Under the pieces are notes generated by a model. That model did not search any database and had not been told where the DNA came from. It worked only from the letters and a program-made list of their open reading frames with translations. 64,000 nt of DNA. Source: an uncultured Verrucomicrobiae bacterium. GTDB lineage: Bacteria > Verrucomicrobiota > Verrucomicrobiia > Chthoniobacterales > JAFAMB01. The stretch lies in the NCBI GenBank assembly GCA_963813025.1, contig CAWEXO010000005.1, positions 64,001 to 128,000 of the forward strand, in the 5' to 3' direction. The translations under genes were made by a program, and so were the position numbers. Positions 20,853 through 30,955 of the stretch are shown piece by piece. Position 1 is the stretch's first letter, and each line of letters starts with the position of its first letter.

Positions 20853-23421
20853 ATGAAACCAGGCAATTCCTTTCGCTCGATTTTTCTCGTGCTCTGCACA
20901 TTTGGTGCGAGCGCGTACGGACAATCAGCCGCAACGACGATCGACCAGAGGGTCGATGCGATCCTCTCCCAAATGAACTTGGCCGAAAAACTCAGCTATA
21001 TTGGCGGTACCCCCTTTTTTGACGTTAAACCGATTCCCGTCCCGAATCTCCAGGTTCCGCTGAACCCACAGATTTATCAAACAGACGGTCCGCTGGGCGT
21101 TCGCCGCAACTCCCCGGGAATTCGTTTCCCGGCGGGGTTAACGCTGGCCGCGACCTGGAATCGTAATCTCGCCCGGGAACAAGGAATCTCCATGGGCCGC
21201 GACAGCCGGGCCAGAGGGTATTTTTCCATCCTTGGACCGGGCATGGATTTCTACCGTGTACCGATGGGCGGCCGCAACTTTGAATATATGACTGGCGAAG
21301 ACCCCTACCTCGGGAGCCAACTGGTGCCCCAAGTGGTCAAGGGTATCCAAGCCCAGGGCGTGTGGTCGTGCGCCAAACATTTCGTCTGCAACGACGAGGA
21401 AGAAAACCGGACGAATGTTCAGATCCTGGTCGATGAACGGACCTTGCGAGAGATCTACCTGCCGCCTTTCGAGGCCGCAGTGAAGGACGGCGGTGTTGCT
21501 ACCGTCATGGGAGCATACAACGGGGTAAACGGGTATTTCTGTTCCGAAAGTCCGTTTCTGCTGACCCAAGTCTTGAAAGAGGAATGGGGATTCACCGGTT
21601 TGTTAATGTCGGACTACAACGCGATTCATTACGGCTTAAACGCTGCCTTGGCTGGTTGCGACCTGGATTTACCGACCGGCAGTTTCATGAACAGTCAGAC
21701 CTTACTACCTTATATTCCTACTCCTCTTTCAGTTTCAATTATCGATGACAAGGTTCGGCGCATTTTGCGGGAGGTCATATCTTTCGGATTTCTTGACCGC
21801 CAGCAGCTGGACCCGACGATTCCGCTCGACGATCCCTATAGCGAGGACGCGGCGCTCAATGTTGCTCGTGAAGGGATTGTGCTGCTGAAGAATCAAGGAA
21901 ACCTTTTGCCGCTGAAAGAAAATATACCGTCCGTAGCCATCGTCGGATCCCTTGCCTTGAACGCGCCACCGACCGGTTTTGGCAGTTCTTACGTCACGCC
22001 GATCACTTACATCAGCGAGCTGGAAGGCATTCAGAATGAGGTCTCTCCTCAGACTCAGGTAGAGACTATCTCCGCCTGCACACTCAACCCGGCGCAGGCA
22101 GCTTGGCAGTACCTTGATGTTAATAATGAGGTTCAGCAGGGTCTGAAAGCGGAATACTACACCTCGAACGATCTTTCGGGCACGCCTGCGATTACGCGGA
22201 CCGATATTCATCTGAATTTTGACTGGGATATTGATCCGATTCCGGTGTCGATGAACCAGGGGAGTTTTTCTGCGCGCTGGATCGGTCAAGTCAGTGCCGG
22301 TGATCTCTGGCGACCATGTTTTTAAAGTCCGGGGCGACGGAGGACTCCGACTAATCGTGAACGGGCAAACCTTGATAGATACTTTTAATTCGCCTCCGCT
22401 GCCTCCAGTGGGTTACGGACCGACCCTAGCGCTTTCCGGGAAAATCGCCTTGCAGGCCGGCAAGGCTTATACGGTGGAAATCGATTACCGTCGCGTCGGT
22501 GGCTTTTTTGATACTTTCGAACAGGGTGGTTTAACTGGGGTACAAGCCAGTTGGGCTTCACTGGAAGCTCCTCCTAATTTCGCCGGGTACGGTGCTGTTG
22601 TTATCGCGGCTGGGATCAGTAACGAGTACGAAGGCGAAGGACAGGACCGACCGTTCCAGCTGCCGGAATTTCAAGACGAGCTAATCTCGAATCTGGCGCG
22701 GGTTAATCCGCGGGTAATTGTGGTTTTCCACGGGGGCGGCAACTTCGATTCACAGCAGTGGATCGGCAGCGTCGCAGGTTTCCTGGAGATCTTTTACCCC
22801 GGCCAGAACGGCGGGCAGGCACTTGCCGAAATCCTATTCGGAGACGTGAATCCTTCTGGCAAACTGCCGGTGAGCATGGAGAAACGGATCGAAGATAATC
22901 CGGCTTACGCCACTTTCCCGAATCCGGTGAATCAACATCCGGACGCGATTCCGTACTCCGAAGGAATTTTCGTAGGATATCGCGGTTATGAAAAGAATAA
23001 CATCGAGCCGTTGTATCCTTTCGGCTTTGGCTTGTCGTACACGACCTTTGCCTTTTCCGACCTCAAGATTGAACCAGCAGTTTTCAACGGCACAGAACCA
23101 GTGACAGTGTCGTTTACGGTGAAAAACACCGGGCAGCGGCTTGGCGCTGAAGTCGCGCAACTTTATGTCGGTCAAAGCAACCCGAAAATTGTGCGGCCAC
23201 AGAAAGAGTTAAAAGGTTTTCAAAAAGTCTTTTTGCAACCAGGAGAATCGAAAACGGTAACGCTACAGCTCGACCAACGGTCGTTCGCTTATTTCAACAC
23301 CGATGCTCATGTCTGGGATGCGGTAAAAGGCAAATACAACGTGCTGGTTGGGAGTTCGTCAGAGGATATCGCCCTTAATGGACAAGTGACTCTGCCCGCG
23401 GAAATCACTGCGCAGCCCTGA
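20853..23421 (+). CDS. GH3 beta-glucosidase with PA14 and Fn3 domains; split by a single-base frameshift near 22293
   Basis: 'TDGPLGVR', 'GRNFEY..EDP', 'KHFVCN', 'LMSDY' in ORF 20853; PA14 remainder, 'NPSGKLP', 'PLYPFGFGLSYT', 'KELKGF' in ORF 22294. Confidence 0.9.
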
Positions 23422-23485
23422 TACGGGCCAAGAACTTCCACCGTCAGCGTTTCCCACTTACTCGAGACGAAGGCCTGGATTCAAA

Positions 23486-25156
23486 TCAGGAGGGACGTTT
23501 CCGTAGTCTCCATTGCCTTTGAGCTAAGCGGCGGTGACTAACAAGTTCCCTGTTGACGCAAAGATAAATCCTCTCCTGCACCCGGCCTTCTCCGATATGT
23601 AAGTTCTTTGCTCGCTCGATGATCTTTTTCTCGGCTTTCGTCATCCGGTCGCGTTGCAATACATGTTGAGTCCAAGACGGTACCATCATTTCGACACGAA
23701 AGATGTTGAACCGGGTCAGATCTTCGTGCAGTCGCCAGCTGAACGCACCGTTTCGCAGATGAATCAGCCGCACCTGTCTCATCAATTCCATAAACTCGTC
23801 TTCGCGCACCCGATCCACTTCAAACTCATACGTGATGGCAACCGGTCCATCTTGCGGCTGAGGCAAGTTGATCAGTTTATGGGAGAAACTTGTCTGGGAC
23901 AAACTTGTCACGGATCCAGGATCGAACTCTAGCTTTTCGGTGAAATTAATCGACAGAGGAATAGCCAGAATCAAACTGATCGACAACAGGACTGCCCCTC
24001 CGATCAAGGTAGGGTGCACGCCCAAGATAGCTGCTGCCGCTCCCCAAACGACGCCGCCCAGAGCCATCGCCCCTTGGGAAACCATGATGATGGTGGCGTT
24101 CATGCGGCCTCTCGACCAGCTTGGCATCGCGCGCTGCGCTGCAACCCAGAGTTCTGACGCAGACATCGTCCACCCGATTCCGGCAGCAGCAGCAACGATC
24201 ATGAAAATGGTCTGGTCTCGGACAAATGCCATCAGGAGGTAAACGACCGCTATCACCAGATTCGCGATCACGATGAGCGTATTGGAGGAAAGACGTGCCC
24301 GGACCCAGGGTACCACAAAAATCGCTCCAAATACGGCACCCGCACCCATGGAGCTGAACAGAATGCCACAACCCGCCGCTGTAAGTTTTAGCTCCTTCAG
24401 GCCGACGACCGGGATCAGTGCCGGTATCAGTGCGATAAAAAAGGCAAATAAGATATTTCGAGCCAATACAACCTGTATGCCTGGGGCATACCGAACGTAC
24501 CGAATCGCTGTAGAAAAAGATTCAAAAAAGTTCTCTAATGGTAGCTTCGACGGTCTCTCTTTTCGCTTCCATTGTAAGATTGCAAGAATTACGACAAGAA
24601 AACAGATCGCATTCAGCGTAAACACCCAGTTCGCTCCAATCAGCGGAATCAGCATCCCGCCAATAGCAGGTCCCAGAATCCCGGAAATGTTGAGTTGCAA
24701 GCCACCCAGCGTCGCGGCCGACGGAAGTTCCTCATCTGACACTAGTTCCGGCACAATCGCCGTCCAAGCAGGAGCGTTGAAGGCAAACCCAATTCCGATT
24801 AAGAAAATGCAAATCAGAATAATGTATGGATTAAGAACGCCGAGTGAACCAAGAATTGCGAGCAGCCCTGCAGCAACGGCTAGCCACACATTCATAATCC
24901 AAAGCAATTTGCGCCTGTCGACGATGTCCGCCAAAGCTCCGGCCGGCAAAGTAAATAGAAAGAACGGTAAAGACGCGACAGTTGACATTAAGGATAAAAA
25001 CAATGCAGACGGGCCGAGCTTAAACATCACCCAGGTTGCAGCGCAGTCATGAGCTGCAACACAAGTCCCGGAGAGTACACTTGCGAACCAGAGTTTTCGA
25101 AATACCGGGTTTCGCAGAGCGGTAAAAGTCGAAGTATTTTGTAAACTCTTGCTCAT
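23486..25156 (-). CDS. MFS transporter (MFS_3/DUF894 type) with soluble C-terminal domain
   Basis: 'AGALADIVDRRKLL', about 12 TM, C-terminal 'RNGAFSWRL..D...SWTQHVLQRDR'. Confidence 0.9.
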   Translation of the reverse strand: MSKSLQNTSTFTALRNPVFRKLWFASVLSGTCVAAHDCAATWVMFKLGPSALFLSLMSTVASLPFFLFTLPAGALADIVDRRKLLWIMNVWLAVAAGLLAILGSLGVLNPYIILICIFLIGIGFAFNAPAWTAIVPELVSDEELPSAATLGGLQLNISGILGPAIGGMLIPLIGANWVFTLNAICFLVVILAILQWKRKERPSKLPLENFFESFSTAIRYVRYAPGIQVVLARNILFAFFIALIPALIPVVGLKELKLTAAGCGILFSSMGAGAVFGAIFVVPWVRARLSSNTLIVIANLVIAVVYLLMAFVRDQTIFMIVAAAAGIGWTMSASELWVAAQRAMPSWSRGRMNATIIMVSQGAMALGGVVWGAAAAILGVHPTLIGGAVLLSISLILAIPLSINFTEKLEFDPGSVTSLSQTSFSHKLINLPQPQDGPVAITYEFEVDRVREDEFMELMRQVRLIHLRNGAFSWRLHEDLTRFNIFRVEMMVPSWTQHVLQRDRMTKAEKKIIERAKNLHIGEGRVQERIYLCVNRELVSHRRLAQRQWRLRKRPS

Positions 25157-25173
25157 CCGAGCGCTTCTTTTTT

Positions 25174-25389
25174 TCAGCGGGCTTTGGCAAGAACACCGAG
25201 CTTCTGACGCTCACGTTCCGAACTTCGAAAAACCAAGATCCAGATTGAAAGCTCTCCATTGGTCCAGGCGAACAGGTTCAAAGTGACAAGACAGAGAGCC
25301 GAAAAAAACAGGGGCAACTTCTTCAAGTGGGGGAAACAAAACTTCAAAGCAGGATCTCTACCTTTATGACTGCTAGCCAGATGGGTCAA
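25174..25389 (-). pseudogene. N-terminal remnant of an ABC substrate-binding protein (MalE-like)
   Basis: Signal peptide followed by 'FAWTNGELSIW' then an abrupt end; resemblance recalled, not searched. Confidence 0.35.
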
Positions 25390-25574
25390 GCCACCGGTGC
25401 CGGCGCGGATAGAAAACTGGTCGTCGCTCAGCTTGCAGCGGCCGGGTAAAAACCGGCGGACGCTCTCATGACATCCGATTAATGGGGGTCTCTGGCAGGA
25501 GATTCCTCTTCTGGGATATTATCGCCGGATATCTGCCTACGCTTACGCTCTATTGCGTATTCGAGGGTTTCCCT

Positions 25575-25705
25575 GATTAACGTCCGCTGGGGTGATCTCG
25601 GAAACTTCAATCTCCCCCAATTCCTCAATCATGATCTCCAGGCGGTATTAAGCATCCCTAAATACGAGGCTTAGCGGGCCTTCGCCCGGTCGTTTTCCTT
25701 CTTTG
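25575..25705 (-). pseudogene. Degenerate tyrosine integrase fragment
   Basis: Reads KENDRAKAR*ASYLG.. (frameshift) YRLEIMIEELGEIEVSEITPAD, aligning by eye to KEQDRKSARYLGDMRNRLE...IHEIT of the intact integrase. Confidence 0.5.
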
Positions 25706-25809
25706 ATCGGTCAAGATCATAGTTTATCGATCAACCCTGGAACCAGGGAGGAGCGAGGGAGAATGCCCGGAGAACAGCTCTAGGACTTGAAGAACCGCTA
25801 CTGGAGAAG

Positions 25810-25864
25810 TGCCGATGGCGGGACTCGAACCCGCACGGAGCTTTCGCCCCAACGGATTTTAAGT
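25810..25864 (-). repeat. att core, duplicated 3' part of tRNA-Leu (left junction)
   Basis: TGCCGATGGCGGGACTCGAACCCGCACGGAGCTTTCGCCCCAACGGATTTTAAGT, identical to 35781-35835; identity ends just past the anticodon loop. Confidence 0.95.
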
Positions 25865-25900
25865 TCGGTAAGGATCGTTGATTCTAAAGGACTTACATTG

Positions 25901-25933
25901 ACGAGTGCCTGAAAAGTGCCACCTTTGGCACTC
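25901..25933. promoter_or_regulatory. Putative integrase arm-type sites (left)
   Basis: GAGTGCC (25903), AAGTGCCA (25914), inverted TGGCACTC (25926); same motif at 35631-35660. Confidence 0.6.
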
Positions 25934-27097
25934 ATGGGAAGCAAACCAAGGTGGCCGGCTATTCGGGAACGCGTCAACGCATCTGGAACCATTTCGTTCG
26001 TCGTGGACGGAATAATTGGCGGCGAACGCCTCAGATCCTTTCACAAAACCAAGGGCGAAGCCGAAACCAAGGCGGCGCAAATGCGAGCCAAACGCGCAAA
26101 CGAAGGGGCTACCGCTTTTGGGTTGCCGGCGCCCGATCGGGTTGACGCCGAAACCGCCCTAGGCTTGCTAAAACCGCATGGGGTTCGCCTGGAACAGGCC
26201 GCCCAGTTTTATTTGCGCCACTTGGAAGTGATCCGGCAATCGAAGACGGCCGGCGAAGCGGTGGCTGAGCTGTTGGTGTCCAAAGAACAAGACAGAAAAA
26301 GCGCACGGTACTTGGGCGATATGCGCAACCGACTCGAAACCTTTGCCAACGATAAAACATTTGCCGCCCTACCTATTCATGAGATCACCGCCCGCCAGCT
26401 CGAGGATTGGTTGCGCCGGCTGCGCGTCTCACCAATCACCCGGAACAACTTCCGCCGGCTGATCGGTGTCTTGTTTGGGTTCGCTCTCAAACGCGGGTAC
26501 GTCCTGAAAAATCCCGTCAAGAATGTTGAGATCGCAAATGTCGAGAGCATCAAACCGGCAATCTTGAGCGTCGAAGAAACCCAGGCGTTGCTTAGCTGCG
26601 CCTCTGTCGAGCTTCTGCCAAGCTTGGTTGTGGCAGTTTTCGCGGGGTTACGGCCACAATCGGAAATCTTCCGCCTGGACTGGGCATCGATCCATCTGGA
26701 CGAAAAGGAAATTGATATCGCTCAATCGAAAAACCTGGCATCGCACCGTTACGTAAAAATTTCCGATAATCTGGCCGTCTGGTTGCGCCCTCACGTCAAG
26801 ACGAAAGGCCGCGTTGGCCTTCGCCATGAACCTTACTATCGGCATTTGCAAGCCGCTCGCGCGAAAGCTGCGGAAAGCTTGGAATCACAAGGGATCGATG
26901 CAACGACTCTGCGCGCCTGGGGTTCTGATATCTGCCGGCATACCTATGCGAGTTTTCACTACGGAATGTGGAAAAGTGCCGCCGCAACAGCCGAACAGCT
27001 CGGGCACCGCGGCAACCTGCAAATGCTTCACAGATTTTACCGAGCCCGCGTCAGGGAATCTGCCGCGCGGGGCTTTTGGGCGCTTTTGCCTTCTTGA
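25934..27097 (+). CDS. Tyrosine recombinase / phage integrase
   Basis: 'FAGLRPQSEI', 'ICRHTYAS', 'LGH', C-terminal Y (RFY); adjacent to att; alternative GTG start at 25916. Confidence 0.93.
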   Translation: MGSKPRWPAIRERVNASGTISFVVDGIIGGERLRSFHKTKGEAETKAAQMRAKRANEGATAFGLPAPDRVDAETALGLLKPHGVRLEQAAQFYLRHLEVIRQSKTAGEAVAELLVSKEQDRKSARYLGDMRNRLETFANDKTFAALPIHEITARQLEDWLRRLRVSPITRNNFRRLIGVLFGFALKRGYVLKNPVKNVEIANVESIKPAILSVEETQALLSCASVELLPSLVVAVFAGLRPQSEIFRLDWASIHLDEKEIDIAQSKNLASHRYVKISDNLAVWLRPHVKTKGRVGLRHEPYYRHLQAARAKAAESLESQGIDATTLRAWGSDICRHTYASFHYGMWKSAAATAEQLGHRGNLQMLHRFYRARVRESAARGFWALLPS

Positions 27098-27677
27098 TCG
27101 CCGAGGTTCTGTCCTGCCGATCCTGATACCACTTCGAAAGAATTGCGCGGTTCGTGGCTTCCTTCCCGGCCCGGTGTGACGCAAACCAGAGTTCTTTTTT
27201 CCAGTCAACCTCGAGCTTGTTCAGGATCTTCAGCACACCTTCACCAAGCTCGAACAGTTCGCCGATTTTGTGTAGTTCAAACCCGATTTCTCGTTTGACG
27301 TTCCAGAATCGGTTTGAATCCGTGGCAAGGCTAGCGATGAGCAGCACTTCAATGTTAAACGCGAAATTATCGGCCAGTCTTCTAACGAAAGCTTCGTCAA
27401 CTGCCCGCGTTTTTTCCTTCATCCTTTCGCGAACGTCGGCCGTCAACGGTTCGCCGAATGCGTTCACAAGTTCGTTCCGTTCTTCAGACAGAAAGAAATC
27501 AAAGCCAGTTTCAAACACGACCCTGTTTTCTAACTTGTGACTCATTTTCAATCGCCCGTTTTCGATCATCCTGATTGATATGGGCTTACATCCGACGAGC
27601 CGAGCAAGTTTTGCTTGGGATAAGCCGAGGATCTTCCTGGCACGGCGCAACGGATGTTCGCGGGTTCGCCTAGGCAT
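27051..27677 (-). CDS. XRE-family HTH repressor
   Basis: 'LRRARKILGLSQAKLARLVGCKPISIRMIENGR' HTH_3 pattern; divergent from a small HTH gene. Confidence 0.82.
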   Translation of the reverse strand: MPRRTREHPLRRARKILGLSQAKLARLVGCKPISIRMIENGRLKMSHKLENRVVFETGFDFFLSEERNELVNAFGEPLTADVRERMKEKTRAVDEAFVRRLADNFAFNIEVLLIASLATDSNRFWNVKREIGFELHKIGELFELGEGVLKILNKLEVDWKKELWFASHRAGKEATNRAILSKWYQDRQDRTSAIKKAKAPKSPARQIP

Positions 27678-27759
27678 GCGTTACCACTATCTATAAATCG
27701 ATGGGTAACAACCGGTTTCCAGTTAACCGCACGGGTTATCACTGGTAACGTTTCCGGCG
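27678..27759. promoter_or_regulatory. Divergent promoter/operator region of the element
   Basis: GTTACC/GGTAAC-like hexamers at 27680, 27704, 27714, 27722, 27734, 27744. Confidence 0.5.
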
Positions 27760-27957
27760 ATGAACCATCAATGGTTGTTCCATCTTCTCAGCGAAGAAGA
27801 ACTAGCAAAAGCGCTAGGCATGAGCGTTTCCGGCGTGCGAAAGCTTCGATACAAAAAACTGCTTCCTTATGTTCGAATCGGCGCACGAACCGTTCGGTTC
27901 GACTTGTCGCGGGTTAAGGAAGCTCTCGAGCGGCTAGAAATCAAAGAGGTTTCCTAA
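27760..27957 (+). CDS. Excisionase/AlpA-like HTH protein
   Basis: 65 aa, 'LLSEEELAKALGMSVSGVRKLR...LPYVRIGARTVRFD' HTH_17 pattern. Confidence 0.85.
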   Translation: MNHQWLFHLLSEEELAKALGMSVSGVRKLRYKKLLPYVRIGARTVRFDLSRVKEALERLEIKEVS

Positions 27958-27960
27958 GCC

Positions 27961-28341
27961 ATGAAAAGGCGAGTCAAGAAAAAGGCGGCCCAGGTAACCA
28001 GCCCGGGCGCGCCCGAAGAAAGCACGAACGGGGCAAGGTATCACAACGCCACCGAAGCTCAATTCGCACTTGCCCGCGCGCAAGTCGACGAGCTGCGCCG
28101 CCGCGGTATTTGGCTGGGCGGCCCCTGGATGAGCATCCTCGACATCACGTCTCGAGCAAACAAGTGCGCGCGCAATACCGCGCTTCTCTACAAGCGGCTA
28201 ACCCGGACAAAGGCCGATGATCCGGCCTACAGTGGCGTCTTGAAAATGGCAGATGGCCAAACTTTTTGGGTCTCGGCCTGGCCACGGGTTGTTAACAGCC
28301 GCCCAGTTGTTGAAATTCGGCTACTACCCAAAACGGAATGA
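27961..28341 (+). CDS. Hypothetical protein, possible ssDNA-binding C-terminal domain
   Basis: 'DDPAYSGVLKMADGQTFWVSAW' recalls the PDY.G...G..YW.SAW pattern of small phage DUF736-like proteins. Confidence 0.5.
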   Translation: MKRRVKKKAAQVTSPGAPEESTNGARYHNATEAQFALARAQVDELRRRGIWLGGPWMSILDITSRANKCARNTALLYKRLTRTKADDPAYSGVLKMADGQTFWVSAWPRVVNSRPVVEIRLLPKTE

Positions 28342-28347
28342 GACGGC

Positions 28348-29349
28348 ATGAACCAGTTTCCCCCGTTTCTAAATGCACAGCTCGCCGCTTGCCCCTCGGC
28401 CGGTTCCGGCGTTCACCGTTGGCTTTATTCCACTGCGCGGAATTTGCACGCTCACCTGTCGCCGGAATCGATTTGCCAACTACTCAAACAAAAAAGCCGC
28501 ACGTGCGGCCGACGAGTTTCGGAAAAAGAGATTCAAGCGGCGGTTGAATCCTCGGCTCGCACCGCCTGGCAACCCAAGAATGTACCGACGGCGGTATGTT
28601 TCGAATCCGTGGACCTGATTTCAGGTTCACGGATTCCAGCACCTGCCTGGCCAGAGCCGAACCTAGACGCTATCCGGGAACACGTCGCCAAGGGTTTCGG
28701 GCTGTACGATCTCTGGGAAGCGAGTCCCGTCCGCTGGGACGACGAGCAAAGCCATGCCGAAGACATCGCCGACGGGACTTTTCCGGGCGATCCGCTTTTG
28801 TGCTGTGGCAAAGCCAAAGACACTTTTGCTACCCGGCGCCGCGAATGCTGGCGCGGGCACCTCGCGCGGCTTCCGCTCATTTGCCCGAACCCGATGCTCG
28901 ATTATAAAGGGCGAACTCAAGACGGCAAACTTAGTGAGCATAGCAAAGCAGCTACTGCCGCGCGGATCTATCTGGTAATTGAATTCGATTTTTCCGAATT
29001 CGCGCGGGACGGCGTAACCGAGTCAATCTGGGCACCGCTGGTGCGCGAATGGCGGGCCGACTCGATCACCGTTGCCGACGCTTGCGCTGCCTTGCACCGC
29101 TATCTAGCAACGCGTTTGCCTTTGGTTTTGGCTACTCATTCCGGCAACAAAAGTTTACACGGCTGGTATCAGGCGTTCAATCGAACCGAAAGCGCGCTGC
29201 GGGCTTTTATGGAAGGCGCGGTTTTTCTCGGCGGCGATCGGGCAAACTGGCTGCGCTCACAATTTTGTCGAGTTCCAGATGGCTTACGGGACGATGGCCG
29301 CCGGCAAACCTGTTTTTACTTCGATCCGGAAAAGGCGGTGCGCGTATGA
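28348..29349 (+). CDS. AEP-superfamily primase-polymerase
   Basis: 'YLVIEFD', 'HSGNKSLHGWY', 'FCRVPDG' motifs; ATGA overlap with the helicase. Confidence 0.72.
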   Translation: MNQFPPFLNAQLAACPSAGSGVHRWLYSTARNLHAHLSPESICQLLKQKSRTCGRRVSEKEIQAAVESSARTAWQPKNVPTAVCFESVDLISGSRIPAPAWPEPNLDAIREHVAKGFGLYDLWEASPVRWDDEQSHAEDIADGTFPGDPLLCCGKAKDTFATRRRECWRGHLARLPLICPNPMLDYKGRTQDGKLSEHSKAATAARIYLVIEFDFSEFARDGVTESIWAPLVREWRADSITVADACAALHRYLATRLPLVLATHSGNKSLHGWYQAFNRTESALRAFMEGAVFLGGDRANWLRSQFCRVPDGLRDDGRRQTCFYFDPEKAVRV

Positions 29350-30407
29350 GGCCAAACCCGGCATACGTTCGCCCGGCCGAGGACGAAGAAACAGCGGGCA
29401 ACAACGGTGAGACGCCAAAGGTGTTTGTCGAGTTGGCTACCCCTTCTGATATTTTGGCCTATACCCCGCCGGCTGAAAACGTCTTAGTCGGCGATTGTCA
29501 CATTGTTCGGGGCAGTGTTTTTGCGATTGCTGGGCCGCCTGGTGTTGGCAAGAGCCGGGGCGCAACCGCGCTCGCCGAAGCCGGTGCCACCAAATACAGC
29601 TGGTTCGGGATGCCGGTTTTGCGGACGTTTAAAACCCTGATCGTTCAAGCCGAGAATAGTTTGCTGCGGTTGCGACAGGAATTGACTGAGATTGATGAAC
29701 CACGCCTCGCGGACAGCTTGCGGATTACCCCGCCGCCGCCTTTCGGGCTTTGCTTCTGGCGGCACGAATTCCGCGATCAGCTCAAACGCCAAGCCGACGA
29801 GTTTGGCCCCGATGCGGTTATCCTTGATCCATGGAACCAGATCGCCCGAGACGATCGGGCCAAAGATTACTTAGAGTCCTTCGAGCTTTGCCGCGCGGTG
29901 TTCCCTTCCGGCGATCAAGGGGTAGCGCTAGGCATTATCGCGCACACGAGAAAACCGCTGCCCGGCGAGCGAGCCAATGGCCGCGCACTGCTGCATTTGG
30001 TAACCGGCAGCTATGTCCTGGGCAGCGTCCCGCGCTGCATCTTTGTCATGCAGCACGCCACCGACGACACCACTGAGGATCGCGTCGTTTTTACGTGCTG
30101 CAAAAACAACGATGGCGAGCTGGGGCCACGCTCCGCCTGGGTTCGTCAAAACGGCCTTTTTGAGCCCGTCCAGAACTTCGACTGGAACGGCTGGGAAAAG
30201 GGCGAAAAAGCGGGACTTTTTACGCTTTATGACGTGCCCACTTTGTTCGTGCAAAGCGAAGAAGCCGTGGCACGCACTATTTTGGCCCAGAGAATCACCG
30301 AAAAAGGGGTATCCAAACGCACCGCTTACCGCCGGATCGAAGAAGCTCAAAAATCGGGCTTGATCAAGTTCCATAAAGGAAAGGACGGATATGTACTTTC
30401 CCAGTAG
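29346..30407 (+). CDS. AAA_25/RepA-like replicative helicase
   Basis: Walker A GPPGVGKS, 'IVQAEN', Walker B 'VILDP', 'AHTRK', C-terminal HTH-like segment. Confidence 0.82.
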   Translation: MRPNPAYVRPAEDEETAGNNGETPKVFVELATPSDILAYTPPAENVLVGDCHIVRGSVFAIAGPPGVGKSRGATALAEAGATKYSWFGMPVLRTFKTLIVQAENSLLRLRQELTEIDEPRLADSLRITPPPPFGLCFWRHEFRDQLKRQADEFGPDAVILDPWNQIARDDRAKDYLESFELCRAVFPSGDQGVALGIIAHTRKPLPGERANGRALLHLVTGSYVLGSVPRCIFVMQHATDDTTEDRVVFTCCKNNDGELGPRSAWVRQNGLFEPVQNFDWNGWEKGEKAGLFTLYDVPTLFVQSEEAVARTILAQRITEKGVSKRTAYRRIEEAQKSGLIKFHKGKDGYVLSQ

Positions 30408-30545
30408 TGCAAGATTTGTGCAAGGCACGTGCCATGGCACAACGCTGGCACAAACTCCGATTTGTGCCAATGCCAAAGCCCCTAAGGGATTGTGCCATGG
30501 CACAAACGCGGCACAAACGCCGACTTTTTACGTAATAAGCACCGC
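30408..30545. promoter_or_regulatory. Putative iteron-containing replication origin
   Basis: Eight GGCAC/GTGCC pentamers and a perfect 16-bp palindrome TTGTGCCATGGCACAA (30490-30505), directly after the helicase stop. Confidence 0.65.
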
Positions 30546-30601
30546 GTCGAAACGGCGCGAAAAACAACCCCGATCCGCGGCGGTTTTCTGCGGGAACAAA
30601 A

Positions 30602-30946
30602 ATGACACAACAAACAACGAAAGTTAAATCCCCAACACGTCTTAGCCAGTCTGATTTTGGCAAAAGGCTCTGGCTACTTGCCAGCGGCGCAAACTGGTTC
30701 GGGCGTGTTCACATGACAGAACTCGATCAAGCCCAGCTCTACGCCGAGATCTGTGATTCGCTCAGTTGCCTGGCAAAGGCGATCATCGCCAAAGATACCG
30801 ACTCAGATGAGCTGCTTGGCTTGATCGCTGACGAGATGGCTGAGTATGCACGCCAACAGCAATGCCGGCTCGATCGGTTAGAGCAAGAACAAGATTGGTT
30901 CGTTGATCAGGGGGAAGCCAACACCGAACAGAAGCCCAAACTCTAG
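30602..30946 (+). CDS. Hypothetical element protein (acidic, helical)
   Basis: 114-aa ORF co-oriented with the element's operon. Confidence 0.6.
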   Translation: MTQQTTKVKSPTRLSQSDFGKRLWLLASGANWFGRVHMTELDQAQLYAEICDSLSCLAKAIIAKDTDSDELLGLIADEMAEYARQQQCRLDRLEQEQDWFVDQGEANTEQKPKL

Positions 30947-30955
30947 CCGGCATTT

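Noticed and set aside
25810..25864. Second tRNA-Leu gene
   Set aside because: Only the 3' 55 nt are present; 5' acceptor strand and D-arm are missing
29049..29345. N-terminal extension of the helicase ORF
   Set aside because: Overlaps the primase; ATG 29346 with ATGA coupling is the better start
30408..30545. CRISPR array or coding ORF 30391-30627
   Set aside because: Repeats are short, in both orientations, without unique spacers; the ORF looks like a by-product of the iterons
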